Source: an uncultured Acidobacteriota bacterium (GTDB taxonomy: Bacteria; Acidobacteriota; UBA6911; RPQK01; JAPXNP01). From it: a stretch of DNA of 64,000 bases. Both the position numbers and the translations under genes were made by a program. The notes under the pieces are model-generated. The model was given only the letters and a program-made list of their open reading frames with translations, was not told the origin of the DNA and ran no database searches. Positions 55,101 to 64,000 of the stretch are shown here, piece by piece. The stretch lies in contig CAVZRV010000007.1 in assembly GCA_963777605.1 (NCBI GenBank), forward strand, positions 928,001 through 992,000, given 5' to 3'. Numbering within the stretch: the first letter of the stretch is position 1; the number at the start of each line of letters is the position of its first letter.

Positions 55101-57195
55101 CATCGGCGTTCTCCACACTCTTCTCCTCAAAAAGGAGAACTACCGCATGATGGTGGGTGGAGACGGATCCTGTATGGGGTGCGGAGAAAAGACAGCGGCC
55201 CACCTGGTCGTCTCGGCTATCGAAGCGTCCCTGCAGCCCCACGTCCTCAGCTTCGTCGAGAAGATCGATGACCTGACAGAGAAGCTCGATTCCAAGGCCC
55301 GCCTCCTGCTCGCGAAGGATGTCGATCTGGACGGCATCGAAGGATCCGACAATGTGGGCATTGCCCTGGGTGACACCCGGACCCGGCTGAGTCACCTGAC
55401 CAAGCTGATCCGGGAACTGAAGGACCTCAGCTGGCGTTACAAGAGTGGCCCCAGCGGCAAGGGGCGTGCGGCTCTCGGCATGACCAACTCGACTGGTTGC
55501 TCGTCGGTTTGGGGCAGTACCTATCCTTACAACCCGTACCCGTTCCCGTGGGCAAACCACCTCTTCCAGGATGCTCCATCACTGGCCCTGGGAATCTTCG
55601 AAGGGCACATGAGGAAGATGGCCGACGGTTTTGCGCTCGTGCGCCGCGCTGAACTGGAGGTCGAGGATGCCTACGATTCGGCTGTCCACGACGATTTCTT
55701 CGTTGCGTTCAACTACGAGAAGTTCACCGACGAAGAGTTCCTGCTCTGCCCGCCAATCGTGGCGATGGGTGGAGACGGAGCCATGTACGATATCGGGTTC
55801 CAAAATCTCTCCCGGCTGCTGGCCTCCGGCAAGCCGTTGCGGGTTGTTGTTCTCGACACGCAGGTTTACTCAAATACGGGTGGCCAGGCCTGTACTTCCG
55901 GTTTCACCGGGCAGGTTTCGGACATGGCCGCATACGGGAAAGCCCAGCACGGTAAACAGGAAGCTCGGAAAGAGCTGGCTTTGATCGCGGCGGCTCACAG
56001 GACGGCTTATGTGTTGCAGTCCTCGCAGGCCTCGCCCGCGCACTTGGTGGGCGGTATTCTGAGGGGGTTGGCCTCCAGGCGCCCCGCGATTTTCAACATA
56101 TATACGCCTTGTCAAACGGAGCACGGCATCCCGGATCACGCATCGGAGCACAACGCCAAACTCGCCCTCGAGGCGCGGGCAGTGCCCTACATGATCTACG
56201 ATCCTGACGCCGGTAGTTCCTTGAGCGAGCGCTTGAGCCTGGACGGCAACCCGTCAATCGGGGATGACTGGCCGACGTATGAACTGAAATATGCGGATGA
56301 AGCAGGTGCCGAGCAGACCATGGTTCTGCCCATGACCATTGCGGATTGGGCGGCCACTGAACGGCGTTTCTCCAAGCAGTTCAAGCGGGTCAAACCGGGC
56401 AAAGACAACGGCGAGCTGGTTCCGTACCACGAGTACCTGAAGCTTGCCGTTGAAGAGACTGAAGGGAAGACCCCCTTCATATACGCCATCAACAGAGAAG
56501 GGAAGCTGGACCGGATCGCGGTTGCCGAGGAAATTGTCAGCCTCGGTCGCGAGCGGCTCGACTTCTGGAACGAAATCTGTGAAATGGCTGGGGAGCGCAT
56601 CTCCGAAGCAGTGCGGGACCGGATTGCTTCTGAAAAGGAAAGCGAATTCGACGAACGTCTCGCGGAGATCAAGGAGCAGTACGAAGCCGAAATCGAAGAG
56701 CTCAAACGAACCTATCCTCAGGATGTTGCCCGTCGCATGGCGGAAGCCCTGATGGGTCAATCAGGTTCGTTGGGGAGCTTCATCTCTTCCGTTACGGCAA
56801 CTCCGGTTGCACCGCCTGCGGTTCCCAGCGGGAATGGCCCCCAGAAGAAAGGGGAGCCCTCGCCCGCAGCAGCACCGGCTCCTGCCGCTGTCGCAGAGTC
56901 CAAGGCCGAGCCTGAAAAGGTTGAGGAAGAAGAGGAAGAGCTGGGCATGGGAGCCTGGATCGACCAGGATATCTGCACAGCATGTGACGATTGCATGAAA
57001 GTCAATCCGAAACTCTTCGTGTACGAGGCGAATGGCAAGGCGACCGTGACCGATCCGAAGAATGGTACCTTCAAGGATCTGGTTCTCGCGGCCGAGCGTT
57101 GTCCTTCTGGTGCTATTCATCCGGGAGCCCCGGTGAACAAGCGCGAGAAGGATCTGCCGAAGTGGGTCGAACGGGCTGCTCCGTTCAACGAGTGA
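52180..57195 (+). CDS. Pyruvate:ferredoxin (2-oxoacid:acceptor) oxidoreductase, long single-chain form with C-terminal ferredoxin
   Basis: YPITP, EHAA, CTGCGHC, CKGCNLC, GSCMGCGE, TGCSSVWG, GGDGAMYDIG, YSNTGGQ; terminal CTACDDC...CP. Confidence 0.92.
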   Translation: MAKEKEKNGAKYPGIPQAMDGTAAAVSMETAGSEAGGVYPITPASNMGEGFAEAAAAGKPNVFGRRLVFFEPEGEHAAAAVTAGMSMTGLRSANFSAGQGIAYMHESLYAAVGKRLTYVLNIASRAMTKQALNIHCGHDDYHSVDDTGFFQVFAKNVQEVADLNLITHKIAELALNPGILSQDGFLTSHVIETLRLPEVELVKEFLGDPSEIIKCPTPAQKMIFGETRRRIPELFDLDYPAMLGVVQNQDSYAQGVAAQRPFFFDHIKKIADGAFEEFAALTGRKYFRASGYQVEDADYVVLGQGSIVWNLEEVADHLREQGFKIGVVNLTMFRPFPDDLISRLLKGKKGVLVLERVDQPLAGDLPLLRETRGSVLKALENGRAGNGSLPYPTVDSYGSQDAPDFYSGCFGLGSRDTQPGDLITAIKNMMPEGEHKRFFYLGIDFLRKGGSDKLNEHQQEIIKSYPNIEELSLQPETNVNLLPKSSLAVRIHSVGGWGAITTGKNLALTLSDLLGMHVKANPKYGSEKKGQPTTFYATFAHDPIRLNCDLRFVDVVLSPDPNVFRHSNPLSGLSDGGVFIIQTDLPEEELWQSLPSWAKEFIRKHKIKVYYIDAFAIARSEAPDIELQYRMQGAAFQGSFFAASPLMERENLGEEDLFNAIHAQLKKKFGHRGHQVVDANVRVISRGYKEVNQLDYSKLSDKRTELVEIGKESQRSGPAVTAAPMPGVGDPGRFADEVFEYYRTGQDPVADPFAALSAIPAATGTFRDMTTIRFEVPKFVAEKCTGCGHCWTQCPDAAIPGLVLEIDQLLLSAARQAGNGQPLGLFPTLVEPLSKEVRTLLKTVPNSSFDGVLDLAYKNASKALALEPAKQTELDGEFGKVAAVLGKLPVAKTLPFFDVQERKEEGSGGLLAVTINPYACKGCNLCVDVCPDEALVTVKQDDKVIEELRETWKIWEQLPDTPDRYVQVRDLHEGIGVLHTLLLKKENYRMMVGGDGSCMGCGEKTAAHLVVSAIEASLQPHVLSFVEKIDDLTEKLDSKARLLLAKDVDLDGIEGSDNVGIALGDTRTRLSHLTKLIRELKDLSWRYKSGPSGKGRAALGMTNSTGCSSVWGSTYPYNPYPFPWANHLFQDAPSLALGIFEGHMRKMADGFALVRRAELEVEDAYDSAVHDDFFVAFNYEKFTDEEFLLCPPIVAMGGDGAMYDIGFQNLSRLLASGKPLRVVVLDTQVYSNTGGQACTSGFTGQVSDMAAYGKAQHGKQEARKELALIAAAHRTAYVLQSSQASPAHLVGGILRGLASRRPAIFNIYTPCQTEHGIPDHASEHNAKLALEARAVPYMIYDPDAGSSLSERLSLDGNPSIGDDWPTYELKYADEAGAEQTMVLPMTIADWAATERRFSKQFKRVKPGKDNGELVPYHEYLKLAVEETEGKTPFIYAINREGKLDRIAVAEEIVSLGRERLDFWNEICEMAGERISEAVRDRIASEKESEFDERLAEIKEQYEAEIEELKRTYPQDVARRMAEALMGQSGSLGSFISSVTATPVAPPAVPSGNGPQKKGEPSPAAAPAPAAVAESKAEPEKVEEEEEELGMGAWIDQDICTACDDCMKVNPKLFVYEANGKATVTDPKNGTFKDLVLAAERCPSGAIHPGAPVNKREKDLPKWVERAAPFNE

Positions 57196-57222
57196 CGTCG
57201 GGGTAATCCCCTGTGAAAGAGG

Positions 57223-57251
57223 AAGGGCCGCGCTTGCCGCGGCCCTTTTTT
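57223..57251 (+). terminator. Intrinsic terminator after PFOR
   Basis: AAGGGCCGCG-CTTGC-CGCGGCCCTT-TTTT. Confidence 0.8.
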
Positions 57252-57254
57252 ATT

Positions 57255-58271
57255 TTACCGTCCTGCCGTGGAAGCAGCTGCCTCTTCGCGGGCGCGTTCC
57301 AGGACATCGGAGAGAGAAACGGGGACGCCACCGAGACGCTTGCTCTCATGGGCGGCTGCCATGAAAGTGTAGATCTCAAGGGTCTCTTCAATGGAGACGG
57401 GTGAGATGCCGGTTTCGAAGAACTGGACGATCTTCACCAGCAGGGGTCGATAACCTCCGAAGGGGCCGATCGGCTCGATCGCCTCGGAACCGAAGACGGT
57501 CCCGCCGTAATCCTCTTTGCCTTCCCGCAGCCCCTGGAAGATCCCGGTGCGGCCTTCCGTCCAGGTTCCCACTACGATGTCCGAGATGTCGGTCTTGGTA
57601 CGGACGACCGATTTACAGCCGGTTCCCATGACGGTGTAGAGAAGTTCAACCCCGTGGATGCCATACCAGAACAGATCGGGGTGAGTCGGCTCGAGGTGTG
57701 CCGGGCTGTATGCAAATGCCCGCAGCACCCGTCCGGCACTCCCGGCACGAAGTTGCTGCGCACTTTCGACGTAGCGAAGCGACGACGAGGAGAAAACCGG
57801 GACCCGGTAACGGGCGGCGGCATCGTAGATCGCGACGGTGTCTGCCAGAGATGCTGCTACCGGCTTGTCGATAAAAACCCGCTTACCTGCCTTGAGGACG
57901 GGGATCGCCTGCTCCAGGTGCCGTCGGCCGTCGTTGGTCTCGAGCAGGACAACATCCACGCGGTCCAGCAGGGCAGGAATCGAATCGACGATCTCTACGC
58001 CCATTTCCCGGACGTCTTCGGTATAGCGGGGGATTCGACTGGTGCTCGACTCGATGTCAAGACTCCCCTGTGGATAAGCTGCGACCACCCTGTATCCCCC
58101 CAGGTCCTCCGCTGCGGCGGGGTTGTTGAGTTCCTTGGTGAATGCAACGGCGTGCGAGGTATCCAGGCCGATTATGCCAACCCGGTGCCCGGGGGCCACC
58201 TGGGGAGCGGCCAGAATGCAGGTCAAGAGCGCTGTCGCGACGGCAACAGCAGACAGGAAGTGTTTCCTCAT
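57255..58271 (-). CDS. Gfo/Idh/MocA family oxidoreductase with signal peptide
   Basis: GIIGLDTSH, FIDKP, SSSSLRY, WYGIHGVE. Confidence 0.85.
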   Translation of the reverse strand: MRKHFLSAVAVATALLTCILAAPQVAPGHRVGIIGLDTSHAVAFTKELNNPAAAEDLGGYRVVAAYPQGSLDIESSTSRIPRYTEDVREMGVEIVDSIPALLDRVDVVLLETNDGRRHLEQAIPVLKAGKRVFIDKPVAASLADTVAIYDAAARYRVPVFSSSSLRYVESAQQLRAGSAGRVLRAFAYSPAHLEPTHPDLFWYGIHGVELLYTVMGTGCKSVVRTKTDISDIVVGTWTEGRTGIFQGLREGKEDYGGTVFGSEAIEPIGPFGGYRPLLVKIVQFFETGISPVSIEETLEIYTFMAAAHESKRLGGVPVSLSDVLERAREEAAASTAGR

Positions 58272-58285
58272 GGTTTCTTATCTCC

Positions 58286-59317
58286 TTAGTTATCCCGGAA
58301 TTCGGCGACCGACCGAAAATCGTCGGTCATGTAGTAGCGTCCATTGCTCCCGACAACAAACGCCTGGACGTTCTGCAGGGTCGAGACCAGCCGCAAGCCC
58401 GCGTCCGGGCCGAGGACAAAGACAGTGGTGGCCAGAACATCAGCGGTCTCTGCGTCCGGCGCTACGACAGTGACCGATTGGCACTTGTCGGCAGGATAGC
58501 CGGTGCGCGGGTCGATGATGTGGTGATAGCGGACCCCATTGACGATGCGGAATCTCTCGTAGTCGCCGGAAGTGACTACCGCGCCGTCCGAAATCTGAAT
58601 GCGGGCGATCAACTCATCTTGAGCCCCGCGCGGATCACGAATTCCGATCTTCCAGGGGCGGGTTCCCTTTTCTCCCGATGTCAGCACGTCACCTCCGCCG
58701 TTGACGAGAAACTCGTCGAAGCCGGCGTCCCGGATTACCGTGCCCGCCCGGTTGATGGAATAGCCCTTGGCGATCCCACCCAGTCCGATAGCCACATCCT
58801 TGGGCAGGGAGACCCGGTTTCCGTCGATTTTAATCTTGCGGTAGTCCACCCGGGCGCGCGCTTCTGCGACCTCCTCGGGGGTAGGAGGGACGAAGTCTTC
58901 GTCAAAATGCCAGATATTCCCCATGCTGCGCCACGTAATGTCAAAAGCCCCATGGCTAACCTCCCCCCAGTGAATTCCTCGCCGAATCATGTCCGCGAGC
59001 TCCTGTGGGACTTCGACCGGAACGCCCGATCCGGCTGCCTGGTTGACGGCACTGATCGGAGAATCGGGACGCCACTCGCTCATCAATCGCTCGATCCGGT
59101 CCAGCTCTCCGAAGGCCGCGTCCAGAGCCGCTTCCGCTTTCTCCTTGCTGTCGTCGTCAGCGACGATCTGCATCGACCACAATGTCCCCATCATCTGGCC
59201 TTCACGAACGACGACCGGGACCGGCCGACTGTGATCAACGTACGATCGCAACCCGATCATGACGAGGATCAAGGTGAAGCCCAGCAGAAGCGTCAGGAGA
59301 CCCTTTGATATTCGCAT
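58286..59317 (-). CDS. apbE: FAD:protein FMN transferase
   Basis: MGT, GAFDIT, GGIAKGY, NGGGD, TSGDYER, HHIIDPRTG, ADVLAT. Confidence 0.93.
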   Translation of the reverse strand: MRISKGLLTLLLGFTLILVMIGLRSYVDHSRPVPVVVREGQMMGTLWSMQIVADDDSKEKAEAALDAAFGELDRIERLMSEWRPDSPISAVNQAAGSGVPVEVPQELADMIRRGIHWGEVSHGAFDITWRSMGNIWHFDEDFVPPTPEEVAEARARVDYRKIKIDGNRVSLPKDVAIGLGGIAKGYSINRAGTVIRDAGFDEFLVNGGGDVLTSGEKGTRPWKIGIRDPRGAQDELIARIQISDGAVVTSGDYERFRIVNGVRYHHIIDPRTGYPADKCQSVTVVAPDAETADVLATTVFVLGPDAGLRLVSTLQNVQAFVVGSNGRYYMTDDFRSVAEFRDN

Positions 59318-59343
59318 CGACGACGACTCGATTCTGGTGCGGG

Positions 59344-60735
59344 CTAGTTCTCTTCAGGAGGCGTGGAGCCGAGAACGTGCCGGGCTCCTTCCTCCAGCCG
59401 ATTCCTCAGGTCCGCAACAATAGCGGGGAAATCCTTCGCCCGGTTGTACCGTTCACTCGGATCGATCTCGAGGTTGAAGAGCTGCACCGGCTCTACCGGC
59501 TCGCTGTATTGCGCTCCCTCGAGTCCACCGGGTAGACGGAGTTTCCAGGGTCCCCGGCGGACGGCCTCAGCACGCATACCGTTGAAGTAGAAAAGGTCCC
59601 GTTCCCCGACCGGAGTTCCGTTTGTCAAGAGCGGTTGAATATCGACGCCGTCGTAGATTTTTTCAGCAGGCAGCTCGGCTCCGGAGATGGCCGAGATCGT
59701 CGCGAACAGATCCATGGTCGTGACCGGTTCGGCGCTGACCTGGCCGGAAGGGATGTGGCCGGGCCACCGAACCAGCGCGGGGACGCGAACGCCCCCTTCG
59801 TAAGTAGTCGCCTTGGCACCGCGCAAAAGCCCGGGAGAACCGGCGTGCCAGGGCTTGACGATGTCTTCCTGGAACATCCGGTCGGGCATATTCAACCAGG
59901 GCCCGTTGTCACTCGTGAAAATCATGATGGTGTTCTGGCTGAGGCCGAGTTCCCCGAGGGTATCGTCGATCCGACCGGCGCTCCAGTCGATCGTTTCGAT
60001 GACGTCGCCGTAGAGGCCGCCCCGGGACCGACCGACGAAGTCCTCTCCCGTGCTGATGGGAACGTGCGGCATGCTGTAGGCCAGATAAAGAAAGAAGGGC
60101 TCTTCAGCCGACCGGTGAATGAACTTGACTGCCTCGTCGGTGTAGCGTTCCGTAAGCAGTGACTGGTCCCGAAGGACCTCGGTAGGCTTGGAATCCCGGT
60201 ACAGCTGAAGCGGGCGTTCGGTCTGGACCCAGGGGGGGATCATGTCGTTACTGTAAAGCAGCCCGAAATAGGAATCGAAGCCGTTGGCGGTGGGCAGGAA
60301 AGCGGGCTGGGAACTCCCAAGATGCCACTTCCCGATTGCCATGGTCCGGTAACCCCGTCCCTTCAGTACCTCCGCCAGCGTCAACTCCTCGGCGGGGATC
60401 CCCTTGTCCGAATCAGGTCCAAGGACGTTGGGGAGGCCGACCCTTTGAGGGTACCGTCCTGTCAACAGGGCCGCACGGGACGGAGTGCAAGTCGGGGCCC
60501 CGACGTAGAAAGAGGTCAGCCGAATGCCTGCACTGGCCATTCCGTCAAGGCGGGGCGTCTGAATTGTCGGATGTCCGAATGAACTGAGATCCCCGTAACC
60601 CATGTCGTCGGCGAAGAGAATGACCACGTTAGGCGCACGCGCGGGCGACTCGGGCTTGGTGCAGGAAAGGGTCACGAGCAGAAGTAGCGCCGGAAAGCCC
60701 CAAAGGAAGCGGGGAAGGATCGAATTTCGGATCAT
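59344..60735 (-). CDS. Arylsulfatase-like sulfatase, probable lipoprotein
   Basis: ADDMGYGD, CTPSRAALLTGR (CxPxR), GKWHLG, SDNG, YEGGVRVP; lipobox TLSC. Confidence 0.92.
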   Translation of the reverse strand: MIRNSILPRFLWGFPALLLLVTLSCTKPESPARAPNVVILFADDMGYGDLSSFGHPTIQTPRLDGMASAGIRLTSFYVGAPTCTPSRAALLTGRYPQRVGLPNVLGPDSDKGIPAEELTLAEVLKGRGYRTMAIGKWHLGSSQPAFLPTANGFDSYFGLLYSNDMIPPWVQTERPLQLYRDSKPTEVLRDQSLLTERYTDEAVKFIHRSAEEPFFLYLAYSMPHVPISTGEDFVGRSRGGLYGDVIETIDWSAGRIDDTLGELGLSQNTIMIFTSDNGPWLNMPDRMFQEDIVKPWHAGSPGLLRGAKATTYEGGVRVPALVRWPGHIPSGQVSAEPVTTMDLFATISAISGAELPAEKIYDGVDIQPLLTNGTPVGERDLFYFNGMRAEAVRRGPWKLRLPGGLEGAQYSEPVEPVQLFNLEIDPSERYNRAKDFPAIVADLRNRLEEGARHVLGSTPPEEN

Positions 60736-60953
60736 TATGATAGCGATTGTATCGGCAGTGCGCGTGACGCTCAACAAGGACACTGCTGAAATGCCGAACC
60801 TTGGCGGTACTCTGGAACAAGCAGGCCGGATTCTGTTAGGGTTTAGCATTGATCGGCTCGTATAATGGGCAAATCGCTGTCGTGCGGCTTGCAGCCTCGA
60901 GCGATCCAGGCGGCTGGCCAAATCTTTGTGCTCGATCATTTTGGGATGTCTTT

Positions 60954-62651
60954 ATGAATGCAAGTGAGAGGCGTTGCAGGACCCTCCCATTTCACTTTCT
61001 CCTGCTACTGCTCTTTGTTCTGCCAGGTTGCACGAAGCGGCAGGTTGAAGTTACGGCGATCGATTCGCGCGAGCCGGATGTGTCGGCCGGCGCCGAAGTC
61101 GAGGATACGGTGCTTGCAAACGTCGAGCAGCCCGACTATTTCGCAGAACAGGGGAAGAAAGCGGCAGAAGCGTTGGACCGGGACGCCAGGCGACTGGTCG
61201 ATGCGGGCCGGGTGCGGGTCTTCCGCGGCCAGCTGGGTGATGCACAAGTCTATTTCGATGAGGCCCTGGATCTCTTGGATGAGAGCGGATTCCCCTTCGA
61301 CGAATACCCATTCCTGGAATCCACCTATGGGGAACTGGAAGCGGAGATTCGCCGAATCGAAGTGTTGGCGGCAGCAGAGCCGGACGATACTCCCTTGCGC
61401 CTGTCCGAGGAACTGGCCGAATCTCTTTCGCCGCTGGACGACATTGCAGGCCTCGACCTGTATGCCGTCGAAGTTGATCCGAAGCTCGAGAATCTTGTCA
61501 GCGAAGATCTGAAGCAGACTCCTTTCGATTTTCCGATCGTTGTCAACGAGCAGGTGTTGCGTTTCCTCGATTATTATCAGGGTCGGGGCCGGAAGGCGAC
61601 GGAAGAGGCGCTTCGTCGCTCGGGGCGATACGTTGACGAGTTCAGGAAGATTTTCGCCGAAGAGGGGCTTCCGCAGGATCTGGTCTACATGGCTCACGTT
61701 GAGAGTCTCTTCAAGCCAAAAGCTTATTCCAGAGCAAGAGCCCGGGGCATCTGGCAGTTCATGTCGGGCACGGGCCGGGTCTACGGCCTTAACATTAACT
61801 GGTGGGTGGACGAACGGATGGACTTCGAGAGGGCCACTCGGAGTGCCGCCCGAATGTTGAAGGATCTCAAAGAAGAGTTTGGCGACTGGTACCTGGTACT
61901 GGCGGCTTACAACGTGGGCAAGGGACGCGTGGGCCGGGCACTCAGGCGTTACGGGGACATGGATTACTGGACTATGGTCAAGCGGCGCCTGATTCCTCGA
62001 GAGACCCGGAACTTCGTTCCGTCCATCCTCGCCGCGATGATCATTTACAAGAATCCGGCCCGATATGGGTTTGACGTCCAACCGGATCCGCCCATGGATC
62101 GGGAGAAGGTCGCGGTGCCTTACCAGGCCGACCTCAACGTGATCGCAGACCTGATCGATGTGGACGTCGATCTTCTCGACGAGATGAATCCGGAACTTCT
62201 GCGGGGAATAACGCCATTTGAAAGTGACGATTACTACCTAAAGGTTCCTCCCGGCAAGGCGATAGAGGCGGCCCAGCAACTAGCTGATTTGCCCCCCGAC
62301 AAGCGGCTCAGGTGGGCACACCACAAGGTTCGCAATGGTGAAACACTTTCCCTCATCGCGTCTCGCTACCGAGTCGCAATCCGGGCCATTGCCGACATGA
62401 ACCGAATTCGGAACGTCAACAGATTGAGCCTCGGGCAGGACCTGATCATCCCGCTTTCGGACTACCGGGCGGTAGCTTCCGCGGGAAGTGGAATGCCCAG
62501 CAGTGGCAGTCATATTGTCCGGCGCGGAGATTCTCTCTACCGGATAGCGCGCCACTACGGGGTCCGAATGAACGACCTCTTCAAGTGGAATAACCTGGGT
62601 CCGCGAGACACCATCCATCCCGGGCAGGAGATTCGCCTTTCCGGCGACTGA
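60954..62651 (+). CDS. mltD: Membrane-bound lytic transglycosylase MltD-like (SLT + 2 LysM)
   Basis: Lipobox LPGC, HVES, GIWQFM, AAYN, ETRNFVP, LysM HKVRNGETL and HIVRRGDSL. Confidence 0.88.
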   Translation: MNASERRCRTLPFHFLLLLLFVLPGCTKRQVEVTAIDSREPDVSAGAEVEDTVLANVEQPDYFAEQGKKAAEALDRDARRLVDAGRVRVFRGQLGDAQVYFDEALDLLDESGFPFDEYPFLESTYGELEAEIRRIEVLAAAEPDDTPLRLSEELAESLSPLDDIAGLDLYAVEVDPKLENLVSEDLKQTPFDFPIVVNEQVLRFLDYYQGRGRKATEEALRRSGRYVDEFRKIFAEEGLPQDLVYMAHVESLFKPKAYSRARARGIWQFMSGTGRVYGLNINWWVDERMDFERATRSAARMLKDLKEEFGDWYLVLAAYNVGKGRVGRALRRYGDMDYWTMVKRRLIPRETRNFVPSILAAMIIYKNPARYGFDVQPDPPMDREKVAVPYQADLNVIADLIDVDVDLLDEMNPELLRGITPFESDDYYLKVPPGKAIEAAQQLADLPPDKRLRWAHHKVRNGETLSLIASRYRVAIRAIADMNRIRNVNRLSLGQDLIIPLSDYRAVASAGSGMPSSGSHIVRRGDSLYRIARHYGVRMNDLFKWNNLGPRDTIHPGQEIRLSGD

Positions 62652-62801
62652 CCTGCCACAGGAGGTGATCGCCCCGGTCTCAGCCGGAGGACATCTCGGT
62701 GACATACTTCCCAACAAAGTGGACAATTCGGGTTGGTAGTCTGGTGTGTCCCCCGTCTTGGGAGTGCTAAAGAAGCGGCAGCTTCGTTCGATAATAGTGG
62801 A

Positions 62802-64000
62802 GTGACCGATCACCGACCATCGACAACCGCACACGAAATCAAGACGCTCATTCTGTCGTTCCAACCAGTCATCGCTGTCGAGACCCTGGAAGAAGAGCGG
62901 GTGGACCAGATTCTCGAGAACGTGGCGCAGCAGCTTCGGTTACCTTTGTTTGAGTGGACGGTGACACGCGGCTTGCGGCGCCGGGAACAACCCACCCCGT
63001 TTCATGGAACCAGCCAGCCGCTGATTCTGCTCAAGCACATCGCAGGGTTGACCATCGAGGCGATTTTCCACCTCAAGGATTTCGGCCCTCATCTGGAGGG
63101 TGCTGAGGTCAGACGCCAGTTTCGTGAATTGGCGGGTGCGTTTTCGGGGAAGAAATCGACCTTGGTGATCAGCGGGGGAACGGTGGAGTTTCCGCCCGAT
63201 CTCAATCATCTGGCGATCCACTACCGGTTGAGATTTCCTTCCCGCGACGAACTGAGGGCGGCCGTCCGGGAGCAGTTGCAGGACCTTCGGACCCAACGCT
63301 CGTTTCAAATCGAACTCGGGCCTGACGGCCTGGAAGAGTTGCTCCGTGCCCTCAGAGGGCTCACCCTGAAACAGGCACGACAGGTGCTAGCTTACTGCAT
63401 ACTCGACGACGGCAGGCTCGGAGCCGACGATATCGGCCGGATTATTGAGCGAAAGGGAGAAGCCATTCGGGAACAGGGCCTTCTCGAATACTATCCGGTC
63501 TCCTCGAACGAGTACGAACTCGGCGGATTCAAGTCGCTGCGGGGATGGCTCGATCGAGCGAAGGTCGGCTTCAGTAAAAAAGCCCGGGAGCTCAACCTCA
63601 GTCCCCCCAAAGGCGTTCTGCTCGTGGGAGTCCAGGGTTGCGGCAAGTCACTGGCGGCAAAATTCGTAGCCAAACAGTGGCGGCTTCCCCTGCTGAAGCT
63701 GGACGCCGGCTGCCTCTTCGATAAGTACGTGGGCGAATCCGAGAAGAATTTTCGCCGAGCCACGGGGCAGGCGGAATCGATGGCACCAGTGGTTCTCTGG
63801 ATCGACGAGATCGAGAAGAGTTTTGCCTCAGGTGGAGCCGGAGATGCCGACGGTGGCCTGGGGAAGCGAATCCTGGGCGCGTTCCTGACCTGGTTGCAGG
63901 AAAAGAATGACGAAGTATTCGTGGTCGCAACTGCGAACGATCTGTCGGCGCTGCCCCCGGAACTGCTTCGCAAAGGGCGCTTCGACGAGATCTTTTTTGT
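62802..64000 (+). CDS. AAA+ ATPase (Ycf46-like), 3' truncated by window; not in ORF track
   Basis: Manual translation: IAVETLEEERV, Walker A GVQGCGKS, KYVGESEKN, Walker B LWIDEIEK, ATAN, PPELLRKGRFDEIF. Confidence 0.9.
   Translation, partial: MTDHRPSTTAHEIKTLILSFQPVIAVETLEEERVDQILENVAQQLRLPLFEWTVTRGLRRREQPTPFHGTSQPLILLKHIAGLTIEAIFHLKDFGPHLEGAEVRRQFRELAGAFSGKKSTLVISGGTVEFPPDLNHLAIHYRLRFPSRDELRAAVREQLQDLRTQRSFQIELGPDGLEELLRALRGLTLKQARQVLAYCILDDGRLGADDIGRIIERKGEAIREQGLLEYYPVSSNEYELGGFKSLRGWLDRAKVGFSKKARELNLSPPKGVLLVGVQGCGKSLAAKFVAKQWRLPLLKLDAGCLFDKYVGESEKNFRRATGQAESMAPVVLWIDEIEKSFASGGAGDADGGLGKRILGAFLTWLQEKNDEVFVVATANDLSALPPELLRKGRFDEIFF

Noticed and set aside
53656-55560. 634-aa antisense ORF and similar long shadow ORFs (27001-28056, 58142-59308, 61005-62081)
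   Set aside because: They lie opposite well-supported genes and show no motifs; expected in GC-rich DNA.

Overview
GC-rich bacterial chromosome segment spanning the replication-origin region, probably from an Acidobacteriota genome (inferred from gene content, not proven). It carries the rpmH-rnpA-yidD-yidC-jag-mnmE-mnmG-rsmG-parA-parB block with two parS sites. It also has a UGA-recoded selD with a SECIS-like hairpin, tRNA-Sec, tRNA-Ser, prmC-prfA-rpmE, rpsA-ihfB, dnaA-dnaN-gyrB-gyrA and a long PFOR. Highlights: (1) an apparent eukaryote-type ether-lipid module, in which an alkyl-DHAP synthase (AGPS)-like gene is coupled to a DHRS7B/PexRAP-like SDR about 7 kb from a lipid kinase and an ElbD-like FAR/acyl-CoA ligase/ACP/acyltransferase fusion; (2) an oriC-like unwinding module (DnaA boxes, DnaA-trios, AT-rich tract) at about 15 kb, roughly 26 kb from dnaA; (3) several unexplained structured non-coding elements. 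Five single-base frameshifts, one in essential prfA, suggest assembly indels. All family assignments rest on motif recognition by eye; no searches were run.
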